From a bacterium (GTDB lineage: Bacteria > Fidelibacterota > Marinisomatia > Marinisomatales > UBA1611), in the NCBI GenBank assembly GCA_004321745.1, contig SGYO01000002.1, forward strand, positions 47,959 to 111,958: a stretch of 64,000 nt of DNA, read 5' to 3'. The position numbers and the translations under genes were made by a program. Under the pieces are notes generated by a model, which was not told the origin of the DNA, did not search any database, and saw nothing but the letters and a program-made list of their open reading frames with translations. Of this stretch, positions 10,914 through 18,745 are shown piece by piece. Position 1 is the stretch's first letter, and every line of letters starts with the position of its first letter.

Positions 10914-11513
10914 ATGCTTAATTATATCTGGTTTGGACTCATTTTAATATCTGTAGTTGTCGGGACAATTACAGGAAGAATAGATCAAGTAACTGAAGCT
11001 GCAATTTCTATGTCAAAAACCTCCGTAGAAATAGCTATAGGCTTAATTGGTATTATGGCGCTTTGGCTAGGTATAATGAAAATTGCTGAGGAATCCGGCC
11101 TTATTAATATCATTGCAAGGCTAATACGCCCAATAACAATAAAACTATTCCCAGATGTCCCAAGTGATCATCCTGCAATAGGTTCCATTATTCTTAATAT
11201 GGCAGCAAATATGCTTGGGTTAGGAAATGCTGCAACACCTTTAGGTCTTAAGGCAATGAAGCAGCTTCAAAGTCTGAACAAACAAAAAGATACCGCAACA
11301 GATGCTATGTGTACCTTTTTAGCGATCAATACCTCAAGTGTTCAAATCATTTTGCCTGCTACTGTAGTAGGTCTAATGGGTGCGTCATCTAGTCAAATAT
11401 TTATAACAACGATATTTGCAACTTCTCTTTCCACAGTAGCAGCTATAGTATCAGTCAAGATGTTGTCAAAAATGGGTCGATTTAAATTGGACAACAGCGG
11501 GGAATTAACATGA
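10914..11513 (+). CDS. spmA: SpmA-like nucleoside-recognition (Gate) domain membrane protein
   Basis: 199 aa polytopic membrane protein with the pattern MLNYIWFGLILISVVVG...GLGNAATPLGLKAM typical of SpmA/YjiH-type Gate-domain proteins. It is paired with an SpmB-like gene. Confidence 0.65.
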   Translation: MLNYIWFGLILISVVVGTITGRIDQVTEAAISMSKTSVEIAIGLIGIMALWLGIMKIAEESGLINIIARLIRPITIKLFPDVPSDHPAIGSIILNMAANMLGLGNAATPLGLKAMKQLQSLNKQKDTATDAMCTFLAINTSSVQIILPATVVGLMGASSSQIFITTIFATSLSTVAAIVSVKMLSKMGRFKLDNSGELT

Positions 11514-12058
11514 TCGATAGCTTTATCCTATTAACAAACCAGATCTCAAAATATATTATTCCATTTTTGCTAGTTGGCATACCATTTTATGGTCTAGTTT
11601 TTAAAAAAATAAAAGTTTATGAATCATTTGTTGATGGAGCAAAAGATGGCTTTGATATTGCAGTTCGAATAATGCCATATCTCATAGCAATTCTTGTTGC
11701 CATAGGAATGTTTAGAGCCTCTGGCGCAATGGAATTATTTATTTCCCTAATATCTCCTTTTTTAAATGCTATCGGCTTCCCTCCAGAAAATGTCCCTCTT
11801 GCTATAATGAGACCATTATCAGGAAGTGGATCATTAGGTCTGTTCACAGACCTTGTAAATGAATATGGTACAGATTCATTGTTTACAAAAATAGGAGCAA
11901 CAATGTTTGGATCTACTGAAACCACCTTTTATGTATTAGCTGTCTATTTTGGATCTGTTGGTATAAGAAAATCAAGACATGCTCTCATAGCAGGTTTGAT
12001 TGCTGATGCCGTTGGAGTAATTGCAGCAGTATACATTTGTAAAATCATTTTCATATAG
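11510..12058 (+). CDS. spmB: SpmB-like membrane protein
   Basis: 182 aa membrane protein with MRPLSGSGSLG and TETTFYVLAVYFG motifs typical of SpmB. It has a 4-nt overlap with spmA. Confidence 0.65.
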   Translation: MIDSFILLTNQISKYIIPFLLVGIPFYGLVFKKIKVYESFVDGAKDGFDIAVRIMPYLIAILVAIGMFRASGAMELFISLISPFLNAIGFPPENVPLAIMRPLSGSGSLGLFTDLVNEYGTDSLFTKIGATMFGSTETTFYVLAVYFGSVGIRKSRHALIAGLIADAVGVIAAVYICKIIFI

Positions 12059-12068
12059 AAAACTCATC

Positions 12069-13445
12069 TTGACAGATTACAAGAAAAATTTAGGAATCAA
12101 AGAATCAACTGCAATTGTAATTAGCAGGATTATTGGATCAGGAATTTTTCGGACACCAGCCCCAATAATGGCGTTAGTGGGTTGCACCTCTCTTTTTGGG
12201 CTAGTTTGGGTACTCGGCGGTATAATTACCATTTTTGGTGCAGTAGTCTACGCAGAACTAACTGCAATGATCCCAAAATCAGGAGGTCCATATGTTTTTT
12301 TGAAAGAGGCTTACGGACCATATATCGCCTTTTTGAGAGGGTGGGCAATGTTCTTTGTATCAGAGACAGCCTCAATAGTAGCTGTATCACTTGTTTTTAC
12401 AGAATTCATTAACGCAATTTTTCAAATCATTTCTGGTGAGCCCTTTGGAATCTTTCCCACTTTTATTCTATCATTATTTACCATTTGGCTTTTAACAGGA
12501 ATAAACCTCTTTGGGGTAAGCTTAAGTGGAAAATTTCAAGTTATTTTTGGTGCTACTAAAGTAATTGCTGTAGGCGCAATTATAGGTATCACTTTAACAG
12601 GGTTTTCTACTGGTAATACAAGTCACTTCACAGATCCCTTCTGGCCTGAGAATTTTGGATGGCATACTGTATTAGCTATAGGAGCAGCATTAAGATATTC
12701 CTTCTTTGCCTTTAGTGGATGGGAAGGTGCAACATACATGGCCGAAGAGGTCAAAAACCCAGGAAAAACTTTACCTATTTCTTTATTTTTAGGAATATCT
12801 GGAATAATGGTCTTATATGTAGGAGCGAATGTTGGCTATTTATATCAATTAGACATTGAAACCATAAAGGAAAATAAATGGGTTGCCACAAAAGCAGTTG
12901 AGGTTGTCATGGGCGCTACAGGAGGAATTTTAATTTCAATTGCAGTGGCCATAAATGCCTTCGGCAATATAAGCACTCAAATTCTGTGTAAGGGCCGATC
13001 ATGGCACGCCATGGCAAGAGATGGACTTTTTTTTGACAGTTTTAAAAAGCTTCATCCAACCTATGCCACTCCAAATAATGCTCTAATTGGACAAGGAGCA
13101 TGGGCTACCGTATTACTCACTGGTGCAATTCTATCAAGCTATTTTCAGTCTGGGAATGCAGGCAATAATATGTATGAAACTGTAATTGATTTTTTTTCTG
13201 CTACGAGCACTATTTTTAATATACTAACTTTCGGCTCTATTTATATTTTGAGAAAAAAATATCCTGATAAGAAGAGACCCTATAAAGCTTTTCTCTATCC
13301 AACCAGCATGATAGTTGTATTAGTATTATATACTTCTTTTCTAATATTAACCTTAATAACTGCCTCAATCCCATCGCTACTTGGAATCGGACTTACAGCA
13401 ACTGGCAGTATATATTATTTCAAGAAAGTACGTAAAAAGGTCTAA
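12069..13445 (+). CDS. APC-family amino acid/polyamine permease
   Basis: Track ORF starts at TTG 12021 and would overlap spmB by 38 nt. An in-frame TTG at 12069 lies just after the spmB stop and is preferred. There are about 12 TM segments, and the N-terminal motif IGSGIFRTP is typical of APC transporters. Confidence 0.75.
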   Translation: MTDYKKNLGIKESTAIVISRIIGSGIFRTPAPIMALVGCTSLFGLVWVLGGIITIFGAVVYAELTAMIPKSGGPYVFLKEAYGPYIAFLRGWAMFFVSETASIVAVSLVFTEFINAIFQIISGEPFGIFPTFILSLFTIWLLTGINLFGVSLSGKFQVIFGATKVIAVGAIIGITLTGFSTGNTSHFTDPFWPENFGWHTVLAIGAALRYSFFAFSGWEGATYMAEEVKNPGKTLPISLFLGISGIMVLYVGANVGYLYQLDIETIKENKWVATKAVEVVMGATGGILISIAVAINAFGNISTQILCKGRSWHAMARDGLFFDSFKKLHPTYATPNNALIGQGAWATVLLTGAILSSYFQSGNAGNNMYETVIDFFSATSTIFNILTFGSIYILRKKYPDKKRPYKAFLYPTSMIVVLVLYTSFLILTLITASIPSLLGIGLTATGSIYYFKKVRKKV

Positions 13446-13816
13446 AGTACTAAGAAAGAGTCAGCGTAAAGTTTCTTATTTTTGACTATACCTTTAACCT
13501 TTACAATTCTGACAACATTACAGAACCCATCCTTAGCATGGGAATCAATGTGAGCGTCAATATCTACATTTACAACCTTAATCACATCTCTACCTATTTT
13601 AACAGATAAACCACAATTTTTTTCGCCAGTATCAAAATTACACATTCCGCATGATGCAAATGCTTTTCCATCAATCTTACCACTAGATGAAATATTTTCA
13701 ACAAAGGCTTTTTTTGTCTTATTCCTATCAGCTGCGCAAGAGCCACAACCTGCATCAAGCTGATTTAAAAAGAATGAGATAAATATTACAATATAAGTTA
13801 TGTACTTAACATTCAT
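13442..13816 (-). CDS. Small secreted Cys-rich protein (DUF6370-like, tentative)
   Basis: 124 aa with a signal peptide and 8 Cys arranged GCGSC...SCGMCNFDTGEKNCGLSV...DGFCNVV. The family label is from memory only. Confidence 0.45.
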   Translation of the reverse strand: MNVKYITYIVIFISFFLNQLDAGCGSCAADRNKTKKAFVENISSSGKIDGKAFASCGMCNFDTGEKNCGLSVKIGRDVIKVVNVDIDAHIDSHAKDGFCNVVRIVKVKGIVKNKKLYADSFLVL

Positions 13817-13827
13817 GATGTTTGCTC

Positions 13828-14022
13828 CTAATATTGTTTTTTACGAGACTGTTGCGATGCTATGAGTTTATACTGCCTTTTGATAAAAAGATAGTTTAAA
13901 ATCACTATGCTAAGCATAATAGCATATTTGTAATGTTCAAAGTGTGTGCCATATCCAAGCAATAATGAAAAAAACTCTATCGCTATCAATGAGACTATAA
14001 ATAAATTTATATTTTTTAGCAT
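13828..14022 (-). CDS. Small two-TM membrane protein, hypothetical
   Basis: 64 aa with two hydrophobic helices and a basic tail. It is tightly packed between the Rieske-like and Cys-rich genes (gaps of 12 and 11 nt). Confidence 0.4.
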   Translation of the reverse strand: MLKNINLFIVSLIAIEFFSLLLGYGTHFEHYKYAIMLSIVILNYLFIKRQYKLIASQQSRKKQY

Positions 14023-14034
14023 AATATTCTCTTT

Positions 14035-14508
14035 CTAACCAAAAATAGTTAAGGTATTGTTTTCTAAAGTTGTGTTGTAAGAAGCAAGGTTTGCGTTAGG
14101 AGGGCCAGCAGCAACTTGTCCACTCGTGTTGAAGCTGCCGCCATGGCCAGAGCTACAAACTGCTAAACCTTGACTGTTGAATGCATTTACTCGATAAGAA
14201 GAGTGGGTACACCTCCTAGAAAATGCTTTAATTTTTGTTTCAGAAGATCGTATCAAAAGCAATCCCAATGAATCAATTGAATTTGAACTCATTACAGCGG
14301 TGCCACCAACATTAGTTAAACTTTGATATTGAGAGTCTTGTAAGCTAACGACTATTTGATTATCACTATCAGAAGTGCCCCCTCCCTCATTGGTATTCTG
14401 TTCATAAGCTTTATTATCTTCACAACTTTGAAGTAAACTGATAGCAGATATACCTACACAAGCGCATGCGAAACCACAGCTGTTTTTGATAAATTCTCTT
14501 CTATTCAT
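14035..14508 (-). CDS. Tat-exported Rieske-like [2Fe-2S] domain protein (atypical second motif)
   Basis: 157 aa with a twin-arginine signal (MNRREFIKNS). It has the CxH box RRCTHSS, then 15 residues, then VCSSGHGGSF. That is C-x3-H rather than the canonical C-x2-H. Confidence 0.6.
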   Translation of the reverse strand: MNRREFIKNSCGFACACVGISAISLLQSCEDNKAYEQNTNEGGGTSDSDNQIVVSLQDSQYQSLTNVGGTAVMSSNSIDSLGLLLIRSSETKIKAFSRRCTHSSYRVNAFNSQGLAVCSSGHGGSFNTSGQVAAGPPNANLASYNTTLENNTLTIFG

Positions 14509-14553
14509 ATTTCAGTATAGCATTAAAAAAGATAAAATAACAAATTAAATTTA

Positions 14554-14715
14554 CTATAAAACGTTCAAAACGTTCTTTTTATTGCTACCTGAGCATTTTT
14601 TTGAACAATACTTTACTTCATCCCAGTTCAATCTCCATTTCTTTCTCCATGTAAATGGTCGATCACAAATAGGGCACATCTTCGATGGTAAATATCTTTT
14701 ATTTTGTTTGGACAT
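14554..14715 (-). CDS. DUF2256 zinc-ribbon protein (53 aa, absent from ORF track)
   Basis: My translation is MSKQNKRYLPSKMCPICDRPFTWRKKWRLNWDEVKYCSKKCSGSNKKNVLNVL, ending at stop TAG 14554-14556. It carries the CxxC...CxxxC plus WRKKW...W.EVKYCS signature of DUF2256. The start overlaps the upstream stop (TGATG). Confidence 0.75.
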   Translation of the reverse strand: MSKQNKRYLPSKMCPICDRPFTWRKKWRLNWDEVKYCSKKCSGSNKKNVLNVL

Positions 14716-15152
14716 CAATCCCAACTGTAAGTCCTATAAAGTACTCTACGCAAAAAAATTGGTAAAATGAGAACTGGTGCTACAAAAAACATGATAAGAC
14801 TATTTGGCCCTTTGAAATTTAATTCATCAACAATTTCTACATTGTTTTCTTTTTTTAAAACAATGTGGGTATGCTCCCATTTCGATAACCCAAAAGGCAA
14901 AACAGAACCAATATCTTTGAACGAAAATAAGTTTTTCTCACTCCTATTTTCGCCATGAGTAACTTTAAAATCTTTCCATCCAAAAAACCAAAACTTCATA
15001 TGCGCCTCTGCCCCATCATACGTACCATCCCAATTAATTATTTTTACCGGCTGAAGGGCTATCAAATATTTTAAAAACTTAATATCATTAAACGTTTCAT
15101 TTGCTTTTTGAAGCGTTACATTTTTAATAATCACAGACTGTCTATACTTCAT
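14715..15152 (-). CDS. SRPBCC-superfamily ligand-binding protein (COG4276-like)
   Basis: 145 aa. The LPFGLSKWEHTHIV and C-terminal IFLRRVLYR patterns resemble COG4276 SRPBCC proteins, which are commonly encoded near photolyase genes. Confidence 0.55.
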   Translation of the reverse strand: MKYRQSVIIKNVTLQKANETFNDIKFLKYLIALQPVKIINWDGTYDGAEAHMKFWFFGWKDFKVTHGENRSEKNLFSFKDIGSVLPFGLSKWEHTHIVLKKENNVEIVDELNFKGPNSLIMFFVAPVLILPIFLRRVLYRTYSWD

Positions 15153-15167
15153 TAAGCACCCTCCACA

Positions 15168-15584
15168 TTATTCTAATCCTTTTACTAAACCTGGCTCATT
15201 AATGAGCCTTTCAATTATCAACAAATCACCAGATATAAAATTATAATTATTAATAGAATCGAGGTCTACCCATTCAAGTTCATCATGTACTATCTTCTTT
15301 ATGGAACCTTTGAATGAGATCACTTCGAAAAAAGATATATCATAGATCAAATTTTTAAAGCGATGTAAATACTGCATTATTTTTTTTGGTTTGCGAACAA
15401 CGATTTCAATCTCCTCATTTAGCTCTCTAATAACCGCATCTTCACTAGACTCATCAATTTCAATTTTGCCACCAGGAAATTCCCAAAGTCCACCTCCATT
15501 ATCACTCTTAGAGCGCAAACCAATAAGTACTTTATTATTTTGGATGATTAGTCCAGATGATACTGGTATGACCGGAAATTTCAT
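15168..15584 (-). CDS. NUDIX hydrolase (MutT-like)
   Basis: The Nudix box is GGLWEFPGGKIEIDESSEDAVIRELNEEIEI. I prefer ATG 15584 (MKFPVIPV), 1 nt after the upstream stop, over track start 15629. Confidence 0.8.
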   Translation of the reverse strand: MKFPVIPVSSGLIIQNNKVLIGLRSKSDNGGGLWEFPGGKIEIDESSEDAVIRELNEEIEIVVRKPKKIMQYLHRFKNLIYDISFFEVISFKGSIKKIVHDELEWVDLDSINNYNFISGDLLIIERLINEPGLVKGLE

Positions 15585-15585
15585 A

Positions 15586-16800
15586 TTAATCAGAGTTAAA
15601 TAAAGGCATATTCCAAAATGGAGATACAATTGTTTTTATATTTTTCTTCAACTTAAAAAAACCTTTATCAGCATGTTTCCAAAACAACTTATCCCAGTCA
15701 TGAAAAAAATAAGATGATTTAACATCTAACTTTTTAAACGTAGAAGGAATTAGTTTTTCAAACTTTCCTACAGTTGGTGAGATTATTTCAACCTCATCTA
15801 TTTTATTTGTATTGACCCAATCGTTTATTTTTTCTACGTTACTCCATTTAAAAGTAGCTACGTTTTTACTGATATTTTTTTTACAATTCTCCAAAGCACT
15901 TTCTAATGCTCTATCAGAAAAAGACTTTACGTTTTCACTTTGACCAAATGGGTTATAAGACTCAGATTGGATTATAACTGGACTATCTTTCATTATATTC
16001 TCAAATGAAAGATCATCCTCAACTACCATGTAACCTATGTTTTTTGACTTCGTGGCATTGTTTTCTAATACTTGATAATTAGGCTCATAATAAACATAAT
16101 TATCAGTCTCTCTATCAGATAAGATGAAATTATCTGGAAAACTGAACCTACTATCAGTAAAGCGATCAATATTTTCTCTATAGGTTATGTACTTTTTACC
16201 TTGCGTCTGAAGGCCCGCTACCCATCTCCATGACAGCGTATTTGATGCAGAATCTGCATCAATTAAATTTTGATAGAAAAACTCCGCTCCAAGTTGCCAC
16301 GGTAAATTAAAGTAAAATATCCAAATGCTTGCAAACCACATTCTAGAGTGGTTGTGTAGATACCCAAATTCCAAAAGATCTTTTACCCAGGAGTCAAAAC
16401 ATTCTAAACCTGTATTCCCTTCAATTGACTTATTATAGAGTGGATTATTGACTTTTACATCCTCAAAATTCTCTAACTTGGATAAATAGTCATACCAAAC
16501 TGCTGGCCGGTGCTCAAGCCAACCCTTCCAATATGTACGCCAACATATTTCATCTACAAATTTTTCAATTTGAGCAAATGAAAATTGACTGGATACATGC
16601 TTAATGACTTCTTTTTCAGTAATGATTCTTCTAGAAAGGGCTGGTGATAAGGCACTTACAAAATTTTTTTCATAGCTGCCGTAATCAAAGTTTCTTTTAC
16701 TTTTATAGTTCGCCAATTTTTGATCAGTGAAATTTTCCAATAACTCTTTAGCACCATTTCGAGAAATAATACTGCTAAAATAATGACTGTCTAACTTCAA
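15586..16800 (-). CDS. Atypical cryptochrome/photolyase-family protein: FAD-binding helical domain first, then about 170 aa of extra C-terminal domain
   Basis: 404 aa with a TTG start. Residues ~15-230 align to the photolyase FAD_binding_7 domain (LSPALSRRIIT, WRTYWKGWLEH, GYLHNHSRMWFASIW, DADSASNTLSWRWVAG). No N-terminal alpha/beta photolyase domain is present. Confidence 0.7.
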   Translation of the reverse strand: MKLDSHYFSSIISRNGAKELLENFTDQKLANYKSKRNFDYGSYEKNFVSALSPALSRRIITEKEVIKHVSSQFSFAQIEKFVDEICWRTYWKGWLEHRPAVWYDYLSKLENFEDVKVNNPLYNKSIEGNTGLECFDSWVKDLLEFGYLHNHSRMWFASIWIFYFNLPWQLGAEFFYQNLIDADSASNTLSWRWVAGLQTQGKKYITYRENIDRFTDSRFSFPDNFILSDRETDNYVYYEPNYQVLENNATKSKNIGYMVVEDDLSFENIMKDSPVIIQSESYNPFGQSENVKSFSDRALESALENCKKNISKNVATFKWSNVEKINDWVNTNKIDEVEIISPTVGKFEKLIPSTFKKLDVKSSYFFHDWDKLFWKHADKGFFKLKKNIKTIVSPFWNMPLFNSD

Positions 16801-16851
16801 TTTTGGCCCCTCATATCTTTAGGATGCATTTGAACATGGTAATTTCAGATC

Positions 16852-17214
16852 TCATTTATCGATATTTTTTTTCATTGCACTATTGATTATAAATGCTTCA
16901 AAAATATGTGTTATAAACCAAAAAAAAGTTAACAGTGGAATATATATTTTGAAGTCTAATCCAATATAAGAAACTCCAAGCCAGGTTAAAAATACCATTC
17001 CAGCTGTTTTGGAAACAAAGCCTATAGCTGAGAATCCAACCCCAAAGGTATTTCCTTGATTTTTTGTTATAAAAAGCCCTACACCCAGATGAATTAGGTT
17101 AAGCACGATTGGCGCTAGAACACCCAAAAGGAAATATTTCATAATAATTCTATGTACAACAAAAATATAGACATTGACTAATTGAATATTAATAAGATTG
17201 TTAGACGGTACCAT
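16852..17214 (-). CDS. Small membrane protein, hypothetical
   Basis: 120-aa ORF. ATG 17142 (MKYFLLGVLAPIV) is also a possible start. It has 3-4 TM helices and is the first gene of the photolyase-related operon. Confidence 0.4.
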   Translation of the reverse strand: MVPSNNLINIQLVNVYIFVVHRIIMKYFLLGVLAPIVLNLIHLGVGLFITKNQGNTFGVGFSAIGFVSKTAGMVFLTWLGVSYIGLDFKIYIPLLTFFWFITHIFEAFIINSAMKKNIDK

Positions 17215-17413
17215 GTATTAAAATACATATTTATTATGGATAATTAGGGAGGGGTGCTGGATGAATCCTAATCCACCCAACACCATTTCATGACGTTGAA
17301 AACATAACTTATAAAATGTATGCAAAAATCATCCCAAATAAATAAAAAATGAAACATTGAAACATTTTAAAACAATTTTAATAATTTTAACTTTTAATAA
17401 CGCTCAAATCGTT

Positions 17414-17445
17414 CAAATATAAATTGTAAGAAATTGAAATGTCAA
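17414..17445 (-). promoter_or_regulatory. Candidate promoter of the 17214->14554 operon
   Basis: The minus strand reads TTGACA-N18-TATATTTG. This fits both a sigma70-like -35/-10 and the FCB-type TAnnTTTG -7 element. It lies in the 301-bp gap. Confidence 0.35.
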
Positions 17446-17515
17446 AACATAAATGGTTTACTAAAATGTGTTAATAGTAAAAACACCTATTAGGTGATAA
17501 TTTGATAGATTTTTT

Positions 17516-18745
17516 CTAAATAGTTTTAAACAAGCTAAGGTCGGGCAACATTTTTTTATATCTTTTTAGCTCAAGGTCGTAGATTTTTCTCCCAAGACTG
17601 GCAAGAAAAGGTATAGAAATTTTTTCATATTCGTATTCATCGTCATTCATCGTTTGATTGGAATTGCTGTAAATGACCGCAGTCAATAAAAATTCAATAT
17701 TATTTTTGGTATCAATAATGTAGGCATTATCAATCACGAAACCGTAAGCTAGCCCAACTTTATTAAATATTTTGATATTATCTGGTATTTCATCTTTAGT
17801 ATCACCGTACAAAAAGAATTTACAATATCCATCATAAAATTTATCATAATCTGGAAAACCAGGGTAATCGCTCTGCCTAGGCAGCATTGACATTTCCCTA
17901 TATAGAAACTGATAATCACTTTCACTTAAGCTAAACTGCTCTTCTTTTGCATAATTTTTTGGAAATATTATACGCTTGAGAAGCTCATGCTGTTCTGGCA
18001 AATTCATATAGTTTTTTGTACTAAAATTTAAAGGGCCATCTTTTTTCTCTCCTTCAAAAAAATGATATTTACCAATTTTATAATCTTTTACATTCAATTC
18101 AAGAGGCATAGAAGCTATTTGACTATCTTGTTTATAAATAATTTTTGATTTATCATAAAAATTCATTGGGTGAGTAAATCTATTCTCCTCATCAGAAAGA
18201 CGAATACTTAAACGGTGCCTTATTCTTGTACTATTAAGGCTAAGATCCCATAATCTTTTATTGATATAATCTCTTCCTAAAAAATCATACAGATAATTAT
18301 TAGCTGAATTATCAGATATGATAAATAGATTCCTAATTGAATGAGCTAAACTAGGATAACCAGTCTCAGAGCTAATATCCTTATCGACGCCCATTCTATA
18401 AACTGGCCCAGGCAAAATTTGAAACTTATCATAAATATCAATTTCATTTATCATTCTAGCTTTTTCTACAGCTAATACTGCAATTGGAAGTTTAGTTGAG
18501 CTAGCAGGATAAAAATACCTTGACGTATCAACACCAAATGAAAATGTTTTAAAAGTGGGCTGGTTTTTTTGATTTCTATTTATTTGAGTGTAAAGGATCT
18601 GCAAACGGTGTTTTTCTCGGTTCCTAACAATATTTGGAAATTCAGCGCCCATACTATCGATGATTTCATTCAAAGTATTTTCATTTTGGTTTGTACTACA
18701 GGACATATTCATCACTATAATCAAACAAGCTAAATATCTTAACAT
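17516..18745 (-). CDS. Serine hydrolase, beta-lactamase/PBP-like lipoprotein
   Basis: 409 aa with lipobox NMSCS and the SxxK motif YPASSTKLPIA. It overlaps the upstream LD-carboxypeptidase gene by 1 nt. Confidence 0.65.
   Translation of the reverse strand: MLRYLACLIIVMNMSCSTNQNENTLNEIIDSMGAEFPNIVRNREKHRLQILYTQINRNQKNQPTFKTFSFGVDTSRYFYPASSTKLPIAVLAVEKARMINEIDIYDKFQILPGPVYRMGVDKDISSETGYPSLAHSIRNLFIISDNSANNYLYDFLGRDYINKRLWDLSLNSTRIRHRLSIRLSDEENRFTHPMNFYDKSKIIYKQDSQIASMPLELNVKDYKIGKYHFFEGEKKDGPLNFSTKNYMNLPEQHELLKRIIFPKNYAKEEQFSLSESDYQFLYREMSMLPRQSDYPGFPDYDKFYDGYCKFFLYGDTKDEIPDNIKIFNKVGLAYGFVIDNAYIIDTKNNIEFLLTAVIYSNSNQTMNDDEYEYEKISIPFLASLGRKIYDLELKRYKKMLPDLSLFKTI

Noticed and set aside
12021-12068. 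A TTG start at 12021 for the APC permease, giving a 38-nt overlap with spmB.
   Set aside because: The extension (MQQYTFVKSFSYRKLI) is not part of the permease fold. An in-frame TTG at 12069 sits right after the spmB stop. The stop coordinate is unaffected.
17261-17293. A 10-codon plus-strand mini-ORF (MNPNPPNTIS) preceded by GGGAGGGG. It could be a Pro-rich stalling leader peptide.
   Set aside because: It is on the plus strand, and there is no downstream plus-strand gene to regulate because the next genes are all minus-strand. The G-rich stretch is more likely part of a minus-strand leader hairpin.
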